Positions 1 to 9,594 of a stretch of 64,000 bases of DNA are shown one piece after another; position 1 is the first letter of the stretch, and each line of letters begins with the position of its first letter. Below the pieces are notes generated by a model. It was given only the letters and a program-made list of their open reading frames with translations. It was not told where the DNA came from and made no database searches. Source of the DNA: Sporichthyaceae bacterium (GTDB lineage Bacteria > Actinomycetota > Actinomycetes > JACCUZ01); NCBI GenBank assembly GCA_031365725.1, contig JANLYQ010000060.1, positions 19,073 to 83,072 of the forward strand. Direction: 5' to 3'. Made by a program: the position numbers and the translations under genes.

Positions 1-39
1 GACCCTCGACGTCCTCGGCCGGCGTGTTCTCGTTCTCGC

Positions 40-816
40 TCATGTGACTTCCTCCCGATTCGATACCTGCTCCGTGAGACACATCCTGCTCCTGGCCGGC
101 CGGCCGGTCTGTGTCCTGGCTGACACAATCGGAAAGTCAGTCGGCGTCGCGCGCGCCCGGAGAAAGTCGTCGTCCAGGACCTCGATGCGCCCGCGCGCCA
201 GGCGCACGGCACCGGCCTCCTCCATCGCGCGCAGCACCCGGTTGACCGTCGGCCGCGTCGTGCCGGCCATCGTGGCAAGGTCTTCCTGCGTGATCGGCAC
301 GACCCACGGCGGGGGACCGGTGCGAAAGTGCCGCAGCATCTCCAGCAGCCGGCGCAGCGCGCGCTGCTCGACAGGCACGTAGAGCGCTTCGACGAGGTGC
401 GCCGTGAGTCGACGGACCTGGGCAGCGAGCACCTCGACGAGGAAGTGCTCGACGGAGGGGTTGCTACGGCGCAGCGCCTCGAACCGGGCTGCATCCATCG
501 CGAGCGTCTCGACCGTGGTGAGCGCGACGACGGTGGCCGTGCGCTGGTGCCGCGGCCCGAGCAGCGCCTGCTCGCCGAAGAAGTCGCCCGGACCCAGCAT
601 CGACAACGTCACGATGTCGCCGGTCGGGTTGGAGACGCGCACCGCCACCCGGCCCCGCTCGATGAGGTGGAAGGCGCCACCGGGCTCCCCCTGCTGCACC
701 AGGGCTTCGTCGCGGGCATAGGTACGCCGGGTGGTAGCGGCCAGCACCCGCGCGCGATCATCAGGTGCGAGGTCGCCCAGGATCCGCCACTGCATCAGGT
801 CAGTCTGCACCGCCAT
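40..816 (-). CDS. Crp/Fnr family transcriptional regulator (cNMP-binding domain + C-terminal HTH)
   Basis: Lower part of ORF 40..1218 (-). cNMP-binding motifs (GDFFGEQALL) and C-terminal HTH (ITQEDLATMAGTTRPTVNRVLR). First Met consistent with the domain start (MAVQTDLMQW) lies at 816. Confidence 0.8.
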   Translation of the reverse strand: MAVQTDLMQWRILGDLAPDDRARVLAATTRRTYARDEALVQQGEPGGAFHLIERGRVAVRVSNPTGDIVTLSMLGPGDFFGEQALLGPRHQRTATVVALTTVETLAMDAARFEALRRSNPSVEHFLVEVLAAQVRRLTAHLVEALYVPVEQRALRRLLEMLRHFRTGPPPWVVPITQEDLATMAGTTRPTVNRVLRAMEEAGAVRLARGRIEVLDDDFLRARATPTDFPIVSARTQTGRPARSRMCLTEQVSNREEVT

Positions 817-889
817 CTTCCGCACGGGCCGCTGCCGGGTTATCGTCGGCCTGGCGGTCGGCGAGAGCCGGCACGAGGGGAGCACGTGC

Positions 890-1279
890 ATGATCAGCCT
901 GCTCGACACCCGGCATCCGGGTCCGCACACGGTCGTCGGCGTCACCGGTGAGCTCGATGCGGCCTCTGCGCCGCTGCTGCGTGACAAGCTCCTGGCCCAG
1001 CTCAACCGTGGTGTCCCGAGCCTGGTCGTCGACCTGCGCGGCGTGACGTTCATGGACTCGACCGGCATCGGCAGCCTGCTGCGCATCCACCACCGGCAGG
1101 GCCTGCTCGGCGGACTCGTGCACTTCGTGGCCGACCAGTCAGCCGTGCTGCGCGTCCTCGACCTCATGCAGCTCACCCGCCGCCTGCACATCGTCGCCAC
1201 GGTGGCTGCCGTCACCACCTGCTGTCCGCCTGTCCAGAATCTCCCGATCTTGGCGGTCAGTCCCGAGTCGGTCGGTTAG
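890..1279 (+). CDS. STAS-domain anti-sigma factor antagonist
   Basis: MISLLDTRHPGPHTVVGVTGELDAASAPLLRDKL...VVDLRGVTFMDSTGIGSLL is a typical SpoIIAA-like STAS sequence. It is divergent from the Crp-like gene. ATG at 890 is in frame with track ORF 731..1279. Confidence 0.75.
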   Translation: MISLLDTRHPGPHTVVGVTGELDAASAPLLRDKLLAQLNRGVPSLVVDLRGVTFMDSTGIGSLLRIHHRQGLLGGLVHFVADQSAVLRVLDLMQLTRRLHIVATVAAVTTCCPPVQNLPILAVSPESVG

Positions 1280-1325
1280 CCATAGCCTCGTCTCCGCCCC
1301 GTCCCTGTCGGCAGGAGAGGACGCG

Positions 1326-1856
1326 ATGGACCTCCGTGGCATGCTCGGGCTCCGTGCTGCCGTGGTGCTCGCCGTCGTCGTCATCGCCGCAGGTACGGCG
1401 GCCGCTCTGGCCTCCGACAAGGGCGAGGCCGACCGGCTGGGCAGCGTCCGGACGCGGGCGGGGGCGGTGCCCGCTTCCGCCACCACCGCTGCCACCTCGA
1501 GTGCGGCCGCCCCGCTGCGCCTGATCGTCGCCGGACCGGTGGCGTTGACCATCGGTCAGCGGGCGGCGTACACCCTGCGGTGGGCAGCCGAGGACGGCAC
1601 GGTGACCGGGTCAGGACAGGACTGGGGCGACGGGGTGGGCATCGACGGGAGCGGTCCGGTCGGCAGCGGCTGCTCGGGCGTCCACACGGGCGCGGCCACG
1701 GTGCCCGACGCGGGCCGGCTGGGCGCGGTGCACCGATGGTCAGCGGCAGGCACCTACCGGGTGCGCTTCACCGTGAGCTCGACCGGCTGTGCGACGGGCC
1801 GCGCGATCGACGACACGGCCAGTGCCGAGCTGGTCGTGGTCGTCACCAGTCGCTGA
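1326..1856 (+). CDS. hypothetical secreted protein (N-terminal signal/TM segment)
   Basis: Track ORF has a hydrophobic N-terminus (LRAAVVLAVVVIAAGTAAALA). No recognisable domain. Confidence 0.5.
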   Translation: MDLRGMLGLRAAVVLAVVVIAAGTAAALASDKGEADRLGSVRTRAGAVPASATTAATSSAAAPLRLIVAGPVALTIGQRAAYTLRWAAEDGTVTGSGQDWGDGVGIDGSGPVGSGCSGVHTGAATVPDAGRLGAVHRWSAAGTYRVRFTVSSTGCATGRAIDDTASAELVVVVTSR

Positions 1857-1896
1857 CCGGTCGCTGATCAGTCGCTGATCAGTCGCTGATCAGTTG
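1854..1896. repeat. tandem repeat of the palindromic unit tcgCTGATCAG (about 3.5 copies) between convergent genes
   Basis: The sequence gtcgctgaccggtcgctgatcagtcgctgatcagtcgctgatcagttgcggg is seen directly. CTGATCAG is self-complementary. Confidence 0.6.
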
Positions 1897-1904
1897 CGGG
1901 CAGC

Positions 1905-2309
1905 TCAGAAGCGGAACGGCTTGGGCGGTGCACCCAGGGTGGCCCGCGGGCAGGCAACCAGGTTCAGGTTGCCGAACCCCAGCGCCTCGTCGCACAGCGT
2001 GGTGACGGTCCAGCCCGACTCGGTGCCGAACCGGGTCACGGTGGCGCGATAGATCGTGATCTCGTAGCGGGTGGGCGTTCCGTAGGCGACCTGGATGGTA
2101 CCGATCAGCTCGGCGCCACCGGGCGCGCCGTAGCCCTCCCAGGACCGGTCGTAGCGGCTCCACAGCGAGGGCTCGGACTGCCACACGCCGCCGTTCTGCA
2201 CGTCCCGCAGCGCCAGCTCGACCAGCACGGCTCGGGCCGACTCCTCGGGGATCATCGCCGCCGGGCGGATCACCTCGGAGACGACGCCCTCGTCGTAGGC
2301 CTCAGCCAT
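1905..2309 (-). CDS. conserved hypothetical protein
   Basis: Lower part of ORF 1905..2576 (-). Start ATG at 2309 (MAEAYDEGVV...). No known domain recognised. Confidence 0.5.
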   Translation of the reverse strand: MAEAYDEGVVSEVIRPAAMIPEESARAVLVELALRDVQNGGVWQSEPSLWSRYDRSWEGYGAPGGAELIGTIQVAYGTPTRYEITIYRATVTRFGTESGWTVTTLCDEALGFGNLNLVACPRATLGAPPKPFRF

Positions 2310-2539
2310 GAGCAGCTCGGGGTTGTGCACGGGTGACCTCTCGTCACGAGCGGGAGTGGAGCCTGCACGCTGTCTATCGGCCGCTCGGCCCCCCGACTTC
2401 ACCCCGACGGCCGGCCCCCTTGCCCGATCTGTGTCGTGGCCTGGTGCCAGAGTGACGGCTGTGACATCATCGTCGGTGAGACCGACGAGTCGACGAGGCC
2501 GCTGGGGAAGGCGCACCTCGCGCTGACAAGGAGGTCTCG

Positions 2540-3037
2540 ATGTCGACACGTGGCGTGGTCTACGTCCATTCCGCACCGCCGGCGCTGTGCCCGCACATCG
2601 AGTGGGCCGTCGGTGGTGTCCTCGGCGTGCGCGTCACGCTGGACTGGACGCCTCAACCGGCAGCACCGGGCTCGGTGCGAGCAGAGTTGTCCTGGCAGGC
2701 CGACCCGGGCACCGGGTCACGGTTGGCCAGCGCGCTACGGGACTGGTTGCACCTGCGCTTCGAGGTGACCGAGGAACCCAGCGTCGGGACCGAGGGTGAG
2801 CGCTGGTCCTCGACGCCGGGTCTCGGTCTGTTCCACGCCTCCACCGGGGTGCACGGCGACCTCGTGGTGCGCGAGGACCGGCTGCGGGCCGCGATGGCGC
2901 GTGCCGCCTGCGATCCGGCTACCGACCTGCAGCGCGAGCTCGACGGCCTGCTCGGCAGCGCGTGGGACGGCGAGCTGGAGACCTTCCGGCACGCAGGTGA
3001 CGGCGCCCCGGTGCGCTGGCTGCACCAGGTGGTCTGA
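2540..3037 (+). CDS. conserved actinobacterial hypothetical protein (DUF3145-like)
   Basis: MSTRGVVYVHSAPPALCPHIEWAVGGVLG... resembles the DUF3145 family commonly next to fatty-acid synthesis genes. Confidence 0.55.
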   Translation: MSTRGVVYVHSAPPALCPHIEWAVGGVLGVRVTLDWTPQPAAPGSVRAELSWQADPGTGSRLASALRDWLHLRFEVTEEPSVGTEGERWSSTPGLGLFHASTGVHGDLVVREDRLRAAMARAACDPATDLQRELDGLLGSAWDGELETFRHAGDGAPVRWLHQVV

Positions 3038-3056
3038 GCCTGCTGGCCTGAGCCGC

Positions 3057-4499
3057 CTACAGCGGGATGTTGCCGTGGTCGCCGCGGGTCGCGGGGGCCT
3101 CGGCGATCGCCGCTGCGATGGCGGACCGGGTGCGGTCCGGCGAGATGATCTCGTCGATCACGCCGATCTCCTGGGCGCGGGCGAGACCGCCGGTGAGCTT
3201 CTCGTGCTCGGCCGCGAGCTCCGCCTCGACTTCACCACGCACGTCGTTGTGCACCTCGGCCAGACGCCGGCGGTGCAGGATGCGCACGGCAGCGACCGCG
3301 CCCATCACGGCCACCTCGGCTTCGGGCCACGCGAAGACCTTCGTAGCGCCGAGCGAGCGAGAGTTCATGGCGATGTAAGCGCCGCCGTAGGCCTTGCGGG
3401 TGACCAGCGTGACGCGGGGGACCGTCGCCTCGGCGAAGGCGTGCAGGAGCTTGGCCCCGCGACGTACGACGCCATCCCACTCCTGGCCCGCGCCGGGCAG
3501 GTAGCCGGGGACGTCGACGAGCACCACCAGCGGCACCCCGAACGCGTCGCACATACGCACGAAGCGGGCGGACTTCTCGGCCGAGGTCGAGTCCAGGCAC
3601 CCGCCGAGGCGCAGCGGGTTGTTGGCCACGACGCCGACCGTCCGCCCACCGAGGCGCCCCAGGGACGTGGTCACGTTGGGCGCCCACTTGGCGTGCAGCT
3701 CGAGGCCGCTGCCCTCATCGAGGAGGTGGTCGACGATCGGGTGCACGTCGTAGGCGCGCTTGGGTGAATCCGGCAGGTACGACGAGAGGTCGACGTCGTC
3801 GACCGCGCCGATGCTGCGCTGGTCACCGAGCAGCGCAGCGAGCCGCCGCGCCTCGCCGTAGGCATCAGCCTCGGTCTCAGCCACGACGTGCACGACACCG
3901 GAGCGCCGGCCGTGCGGCTCAGGACCACCGAGACGCAGCGCGTCGACGTCCTCACCGGTGACCGAGCGCACGACGTCGGGACCGGTGACGAACACCCGAC
4001 CCTCGGGGCCGAGGATCACGACGTCGGTCAGCGCCGGCCCGTACGCCGCGCCACCAGCCGCCGCGCCGAGCACGACGGAGAGCTGCGGCACCTTGCCCGA
4101 GGCCTTGGTCATGATGGAGAAGATTTCGCCGATGGCGTGCAGCGAGACCACGCCCTCACGCAGCCGGGCACCGCCGGAGTGCCAGAGCCCGATCACTGGG
4201 CAGCCGAGCGTGAGCGCCTTGTCGTAAGCCGCGAGGATGACCTTGCAGCCGTCCTCACCCATTGCTCCGCCCTGGATCGTGGCGTCAGAGCAGAAGGCGA
4301 CCGACAACGTGCCTTCGATGCGGCCGAGGGCGGCGAGCATGCCCGAGTCGTCCTCGGGGGTGAGCAGCTCGACGGTGTTGTCGTCGAAGAGCAACCGCAA
4401 CCGGGTGAGCGGGTTGCGCGGGTCGTCGGCCTTGGCGACGACGACCTTGGCGGGTGCAGCGACGGTGGCAGGTGTGGAGCTGGCAGCGGTGGCGGTCAC
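3057..4499 (-). CDS. accD6: acyl-CoA carboxylase carboxyltransferase beta subunit (AccD6-like)
   Basis: 480 aa with carboxyltransferase N and C domains (GGARLREG, GGAYIAM motifs). Follows the kas gene with a GTGA start/stop overlap, as in the mycobacterial fasII operon. Confidence 0.9.
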   Translation of the reverse strand: MTATAASSTPATVAAPAKVVVAKADDPRNPLTRLRLLFDDNTVELLTPEDDSGMLAALGRIEGTLSVAFCSDATIQGGAMGEDGCKVILAAYDKALTLGCPVIGLWHSGGARLREGVVSLHAIGEIFSIMTKASGKVPQLSVVLGAAAGGAAYGPALTDVVILGPEGRVFVTGPDVVRSVTGEDVDALRLGGPEPHGRRSGVVHVVAETEADAYGEARRLAALLGDQRSIGAVDDVDLSSYLPDSPKRAYDVHPIVDHLLDEGSGLELHAKWAPNVTTSLGRLGGRTVGVVANNPLRLGGCLDSTSAEKSARFVRMCDAFGVPLVVLVDVPGYLPGAGQEWDGVVRRGAKLLHAFAEATVPRVTLVTRKAYGGAYIAMNSRSLGATKVFAWPEAEVAVMGAVAAVRILHRRRLAEVHNDVRGEVEAELAAEHEKLTGGLARAQEIGVIDEIISPDRTRSAIAAAIAEAPATRGDHGNIPL

Positions 4500-5770
4500 G
4501 GAGCGCTCCTGATGACGAGGGCGACGTTGTGGCCGCCGAACCCGAACGAGTTGTTGAGAGCCAGCAGGTCACCGGCAGGCAGCGCCCGCGCCTCGCCCCT
4601 GACGACGTCGAGGTGGACGTCGTCGTCGGGATCTTCGAGGTTGGTCGTGGCAGGGGCCAGCCGGTCCCGCAGGGCGAGCAGGGTGACGATGGACTCGACC
4701 GCGCCGGCTGCGCCGAGCAGGTGACCGGTCATCGACTTGGTGGCCGACACGCAGGCGCCGTCGGTGGCGTCCCCGAGGGCCTTGCGGATCGCCTCTGCCT
4801 CGGCGATGTCGCCGACCGGGGTGGAGGTGGCGTGCGCGTTGATGTGCACGACCTCGGAGGGGGAGGCACCGGCTTGCTCGAGGGCAAAGCGCATGGCCCG
4901 TGCGGCACCGGCTCCGGACGGGTCGGGCTGGGCGATGTGGTGAGCGTCCGAGCTGATGCCGCTGCCGGCGATCTCGCCGTAGATGTGGGCACCGCGAGCC
5001 TTGGCGTGGGCCAGCGACTCGAGCACGAGGACGCCGGCGCCCTCGCCGAGCACGAACCCGTCGCGGCCCTTGTCATAGGGCCGAGAGGCGCGATGCGGCT
5101 CGTCGTTGCGGGTGGACAGTGCCTGCATGGCAGCGAAGCCAGCCAGCGGCAGCGGGTGGATCGCGGCCTCGGTGCCGCCGGCGGCCACGACGTCGGCCCG
5201 GCCCATGCGGATCATGTCGCAGGCGTAGGCGATCGCCTCGGCGCCGCTGGAGCACGCGCTCACCGGCGTGTGCACGCCGGCCCGGGCCGAGATCTCGAGG
5301 CCGACCTGCGCGGCCGGGCCGTTGGGCATCAGCATCGGCACCGTCATCGGCAGCACCCGGCGGGCCCCGCGCTCCTTCAAGACGTCGTAGGCCGACAGCA
5401 GCGTGGTCACCCCGCCGATGCCGGAGGCGATGGCGACGCCGATGCGCTCGGGGTCGTCGCCCGGGGTGCCCGCATCGGCCCAGGCCTCACGCGCGGCGAT
5501 GAGGGCGAACTGCGCGGAGCGGTCGGTGCGCTTGATCAGCGGCACGGGCAGCACCTCTGACGGGTCGACTGCTGCCGATGCAGCGATGTGCACCGGCAGC
5601 ATGTCGACCCAGTCGGCCGTGATCGTCGAGACGCCGGACTTGCCGGCCAGCATCGCGGCCCAGGTGGTGGCCACGTCCCCGCCGAGCGGGGTCGTGGCAC
5701 CAAGGCCGGTCACCACCACGCGCTGGGCGTCGGTCAGTCGCGAGTCGGACGAGTCAGGCGATCCAGCCAT
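4496..5770 (-). CDS. fabF: beta-ketoacyl-ACP synthase II (KasA/FabF)
   Basis: 424 aa thiolase-fold KAS with active-site Cys (ACSSG) and His-His motifs. Lies downstream of acpP. Confidence 0.9.
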   Translation of the reverse strand: MAGSPDSSDSRLTDAQRVVVTGLGATTPLGGDVATTWAAMLAGKSGVSTITADWVDMLPVHIAASAAVDPSEVLPVPLIKRTDRSAQFALIAAREAWADAGTPGDDPERIGVAIASGIGGVTTLLSAYDVLKERGARRVLPMTVPMLMPNGPAAQVGLEISARAGVHTPVSACSSGAEAIAYACDMIRMGRADVVAAGGTEAAIHPLPLAGFAAMQALSTRNDEPHRASRPYDKGRDGFVLGEGAGVLVLESLAHAKARGAHIYGEIAGSGISSDAHHIAQPDPSGAGAARAMRFALEQAGASPSEVVHINAHATSTPVGDIAEAEAIRKALGDATDGACVSATKSMTGHLLGAAGAVESIVTLLALRDRLAPATTNLEDPDDDVHLDVVRGEARALPAGDLLALNNSFGFGGHNVALVIRSAP

Positions 5771-5773
5771 CGA

Positions 5774-6022
5774 TCAGGAGCCCGCCTTCTGGATGTAGGA
5801 GACGGCGTCTCCGACGGTGCTCAGCCCCTTGACGTCGTCGTCGGGGATGCGGACGCCGAACTTCTCCTCGGCGTTGACGACGATCGTCATCATCGACAGC
5901 GAGTCGATGTCGAGGTCGTCGGTGAACGACTTCTCGGGCAGCACGTCGGTGGTCGCGATGCCCGTTTCTTCGTTCACGATCTCGGCGAGACCCGCGAGGA
6001 TCTCCTGCTCGCTAGCAGCCAT
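5774..6022 (-). CDS. acpP: acyl carrier protein
   Basis: 82 aa with a DSL/DIDSLSMM phosphopantetheine attachment motif. Confidence 0.9.
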   Translation of the reverse strand: MAASEQEILAGLAEIVNEETGIATTDVLPEKSFTDDLDIDSLSMMTIVVNAEEKFGVRIPDDDVKGLSTVGDAVSYIQKAGS

Positions 6023-6076
6023 GAGGTTCCAGCTCCTTGGTGTGGGGTGTTCTCGGATGGTGCGGGGTTCGTGCGT

Positions 6077-7075
6077 TCAGGGCAGGACGACGACCTGGGC
6101 GGCATAGACCAGGCCGGCGCCGAAACCGATGAGCAGAGCGGTCTCCCCACTCTTTGCCTCTCCGGCCTCGAGCATGCGTTCCATCGCCAACGGGATCGAG
6201 GCAGCTGAGGTGTTGCCGGTGGTGCGCACGTCACGGGAGACCGCGACGGTGCCGGGGAGCTTCATCGCCTTGATCATCGAGTCGATGATGCGCACGTTGG
6301 CCTGGTGGGGGATGAACGCCCCGAGCTCGTCGGGGGCCACCCCTGCCGCCTCGAGCGCCTGCAGCGCGACCGGCGCCATCTGCCACACGGCCCAGCGGAA
6401 CACCTTCTGTCCCTGCATCGTGAGGTGCGGGAAGTCCACAGCGTGGTCTCGTACGTCGATCCAGGACGCGCGCTGGGTGATGGCGTCGTACTGCGAGCCA
6501 TCAGATCCCCACACGGTGGGGGAGATGCCCGGGAAGTCCGAGGGTCCGATCACCACAGCGCCTGCGCCGTCACCGAAGATGAAGGCGGTGGACCGGTCGT
6601 AGGAGTCGGTGAAGTCCGAGAGCTTCTCGACGCCGATGACGAGCACGTAGTCGGAGTTGCCGCCGCGCACGATGTCGTTGGCGAGTGCGACGCCGTAGCA
6701 GAAGCCGGCGCAGGCAGCGGACAGGTCGGTGGCGGCCGCATCGGTGGCACCGAGGCGGTCCGCGACGGCTGCCGCGGCCGACGGGGTCTGCAGCGGGTGG
6801 GTGACGGTCGCCAGCAGGATCGTGCCGACCTGCTCGGGCGTTATGCCGGCCTGGGCGATCGCCTTGCCGGCCGCGACGACCGCCATGTCGATGACACTCT
6901 CGTCGACCGCCGCACGGTGCCGGGACTCGATGCCCGAACGGTCCCGGATCCACTCGTCGGAGGAGTCGATGGTCTCGCAGACCTCGGCGTTGCTGACCAC
7001 CCGCGAGGGGCGATAGCCGCCGACGCCGAGGATGCGGGCGTGCTCGGGACCGCGCTTGGTCTTCAGGACCGCCAC
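6077..7075 (-). CDS. fabH: beta-ketoacyl-ACP synthase III
   Basis: 332 aa. FabH motifs are present (GVGGYRP, active-site Cys in CAGF, and the GNTSAASIPLA C-terminal motif). Confidence 0.9.
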   Translation of the reverse strand: MAVLKTKRGPEHARILGVGGYRPSRVVSNAEVCETIDSSDEWIRDRSGIESRHRAAVDESVIDMAVVAAGKAIAQAGITPEQVGTILLATVTHPLQTPSAAAAVADRLGATDAAATDLSAACAGFCYGVALANDIVRGGNSDYVLVIGVEKLSDFTDSYDRSTAFIFGDGAGAVVIGPSDFPGISPTVWGSDGSQYDAITQRASWIDVRDHAVDFPHLTMQGQKVFRWAVWQMAPVALQALEAAGVAPDELGAFIPHQANVRIIDSMIKAMKLPGTVAVSRDVRTTGNTSAASIPLAMERMLEAGEAKSGETALLIGFGAGLVYAAQVVVLP

Positions 7076-7077
7076 CG

Positions 7078-8259
7078 TCAGTGCACCGCCTCGGGATGGA
7101 GCCGGATGATCGGCTGACCCGGGGAGACCGGGTCACCGTCCTCGACGAGCCACTCCACCACGGTGCCGCCGTGCGGCGCCACCACCGGCACCTCGTCGCG
7201 CAAGGTGACCAGCGTGGCGACCGCAGTACCCGGCTCGAGCAGGGTGCCCTCGGGCAGGTCGACGACCCGGATGGTGCCCTTGCTCGGAGCGACCAGCATG
7301 CGCCAGGTGGGGGAGTCGTCCTGCGGGGCGGCACTGCCGTGGCGGCGGGCCAGGTCGCGGGCGGCCTCCAGGTCGGCCGGGGTCTTGAGGGCGAGGGTCT
7401 CGACGTCAGGCAGCGCGCGCTTGATCAGACCGGTCAGGGTGCCGGCCGGGGGCACCTCGATGACGCCGGTGACGCCGAGCTCGCCCATCGTGCGCATGCA
7501 GAGGTCCCAGCGCACGGGGGTGCTGACCTGGGTGACGATGCGGGCCAGCAGGTCGCGGCCCTGCGAGACGACTGCGCCGTCGCGGTTGGAGATCACCGCA
7601 GTGCGCGGGTCGTGCACGCTGACGGCCTTGGCGTAGGAGGCGAGGGTGTTGACGGCCGGAGCCATGTGCTCGGTGTGGAAGGCGCCGGCCACCGACAGCG
7701 GGATGAGCCGCGCCTTCGCCGGCGGGTCAGCCTTGAGGGCGTCCAGCTGGGCCAGGGTGCCGGCAGCGACGACCTGGCCCGAACCGTTCTGGTTGGCGGC
7801 GGTGAGGCCGTGCCGGGTCAAGGCGGCCGCGACCTCGTCCGGCTCCCCGCCGAGCACGGCCGTCATGCCGGTCGGTGTACGGGCGGCAGCGTCAGCCATC
7901 GCGCGGCCCCGCTCGCGGACGAGCACCATGGCCTGCTCGGCGGTGATGACTCCCGTGCCGGCCATGGCGGTGATCTCACCGACGCTGTGGCCTGCGGTCG
8001 CACCGACCGCGTGGAACGCGTCGGAGGGGTGGGCGAAGATCTCGAGGGCCGCGACCAGGCCGGCGGCGACGAGCAGCGGCTGGGCCACCGCGGTGTCGCG
8101 GATGGTGTCCACGTCGGCCTCGGTGCCGTAGTGGATGAGGTCCATGCCCGCGCAGGCCGACAACCAGCGCAGCCGGTCCTCGACATGTGGGAGCTCGAGC
8201 CAAGGCGCGAGAAAACCCGGCGTCTGAGCGCCTTGACCAGGAGCAACGATGACCAGCAC
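7078..8259 (-). CDS. fabD: malonyl CoA-ACP transacylase with a C-terminal degenerate biotinyl/lipoyl-like extension
   Basis: N-terminal MLVIVAPGQGAQ and GHSVGE active site identify FabD. The protein is 393 aa against about 310 for a typical FabD. The last roughly 85 aa look like a barrel-sandwich hybrid domain lacking the biotinylated Lys. Confidence 0.85.
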   Translation of the reverse strand: MLVIVAPGQGAQTPGFLAPWLELPHVEDRLRWLSACAGMDLIHYGTEADVDTIRDTAVAQPLLVAAGLVAALEIFAHPSDAFHAVGATAGHSVGEITAMAGTGVITAEQAMVLVRERGRAMADAAARTPTGMTAVLGGEPDEVAAALTRHGLTAANQNGSGQVVAAGTLAQLDALKADPPAKARLIPLSVAGAFHTEHMAPAVNTLASYAKAVSVHDPRTAVISNRDGAVVSQGRDLLARIVTQVSTPVRWDLCMRTMGELGVTGVIEVPPAGTLTGLIKRALPDVETLALKTPADLEAARDLARRHGSAAPQDDSPTWRMLVAPSKGTIRVVDLPEGTLLEPGTAVATLVTLRDEVPVVAPHGGTVVEWLVEDGDPVSPGQPIIRLHPEAVH

Positions 8260-8287
8260 CCGTCCAGCCTTTCCTTCGGAAGCGACG

Positions 8288-8323
8288 CCGGGGGGTGCGG
8301 AGGCGGACCAATCTGCCCCCCGG
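8288..8323. promoter_or_regulatory. perfect 8-bp inverted repeat CCGGGGGG-N20-CCCCCCGG in the 78-nt gap between the PucR-like regulator and fabD
   Basis: Seen directly in the sequence. Its position fits either an operator for the FasR/MabR-like regulator or an attenuator/terminator between the two genes. Confidence 0.3.
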
Positions 8324-8337
8324 GAGTTGGAGGATAT

Positions 8338-9465
8338 CTACAAAGAGCTCGCCGGAGGAGCGTGCGCGTCGGCAAGCCGCCCAAGCGCCAGAGCGATGCG
8401 CAGGGTGAGTGCCTGCCGTGGGTCGGCCGGGGCGTAGCCGCAGACCTCGGCCACCCGACGCAGGCGGTAGCGCACGGTGTTGGGGTGCACGAACAACGCC
8501 CGGGCAGTGGCCTCCAACGAGGAGGTCTGCTCGAGGAAGACCGACAGCGTCTCGACCAGAGCCGTGCCGCTGGACTGCAGCGGCCGGTAGACGTCGCGGA
8601 CGAGGCGCTCGCGGGCCAGGTCGTCGCCGGCCAGCGCCCGCTCGGGCAGCAGGTCGTCGGCCTGCACCGGCCGCGGGGCGTCGGGCCAGGCGGGGGCAGC
8701 CATCAGCCCGGCCAGGGCGGCCGCGGCGCTCTCGCCGGCACCGAGCAGGTCCGGCACCGCCGGACCCATGACCACCGGACCGGCGCCGAACTGCGCGACG
8801 AGCAGCCGGGTGGTGCGCACGGCGTCGACCCGGCCGCCGATAACCGCGACCAGCCGGTCGCCCTGGACCCCGGCGAGCACATCGAGGTGCGCGGCACGAG
8901 CGACCCGGCGCAGCTCGTCGACCACGCTCTCGGGCTCGGCGTCCGGTGCGGATCCGACCACCACGACCACGGGATCGTGGTTGCCCCAGCCGAGCGCGGC
9001 GGCCCGCGACCGCAGGGCGTCGTCGGCCTCGCCGCGCAGCAGCGCATCGACGACCAGCGACTCGAGCCGGGCGTCCCAGGCGCCGCGCACCTCGGCGGCC
9101 TCGGCATACACCCGCGCTGCGGCGAAGGCGATCTCGCGGGAGTAGCGCAGCACCGCCTCGCGAACCACAGCTTCGTCGCCGGGGGCGATCTCCTCGATCT
9201 GCTCCTCGACCACGCCGATGACCAGACGCACGAGCTCGACCGTCTGCTGCAGGGTCACCGATCGAGTCAGCTCCCGCGGTGCGGTGCCGAAGACGTCGGC
9301 GCTGACGGCCTGGTCGTTGCCAGGCTCGCGAAACCACTCGACGAACGCCGCGACGCCCGCCTGGGCGACGAGATTGACCCAGGACCTGTTCTCCGGCGGC
9401 ATCGCCCGGTACCACGGCAGGTCCTCGTCCATGCGGGCGATCGCGGCGGTGGCGAGGGCGCCCAT
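8338..9465 (-). CDS. PucR-family transcriptional regulator (MabR/FasR-like fatty-acid synthesis regulator)
   Basis: C-terminal PucR-type HTH (ATARALFVHPNTVRYRLRRV). Located directly upstream of fabD, as M. tuberculosis Rv2242 (MabR) and Streptomyces FasR are. The ORF extends to 10293, but the first in-frame Met consistent with family length (MGALATAAIARM) is at 9465. Confidence 0.75.
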   Translation of the reverse strand: MGALATAAIARMDEDLPWYRAMPPENRSWVNLVAQAGVAAFVEWFREPGNDQAVSADVFGTAPRELTRSVTLQQTVELVRLVIGVVEEQIEEIAPGDEAVVREAVLRYSREIAFAAARVYAEAAEVRGAWDARLESLVVDALLRGEADDALRSRAAALGWGNHDPVVVVVGSAPDAEPESVVDELRRVARAAHLDVLAGVQGDRLVAVIGGRVDAVRTTRLLVAQFGAGPVVMGPAVPDLLGAGESAAAALAGLMAAPAWPDAPRPVQADDLLPERALAGDDLARERLVRDVYRPLQSSGTALVETLSVFLEQTSSLEATARALFVHPNTVRYRLRRVAEVCGYAPADPRQALTLRIALALGRLADAHAPPASSL

Positions 9466-9594
9466 GCCGGCCTCGAGGCGGCGTACGGTCGCGGCGCGGT
9501 GGTCCCGCCTTCTCGGCACGGGCGCAGCATAGGGCGGCCAGTGCGGGCGACGGCAGCTGTGCAGGGACGACGAGCGCTCGCTAGCGTCGGCTGC

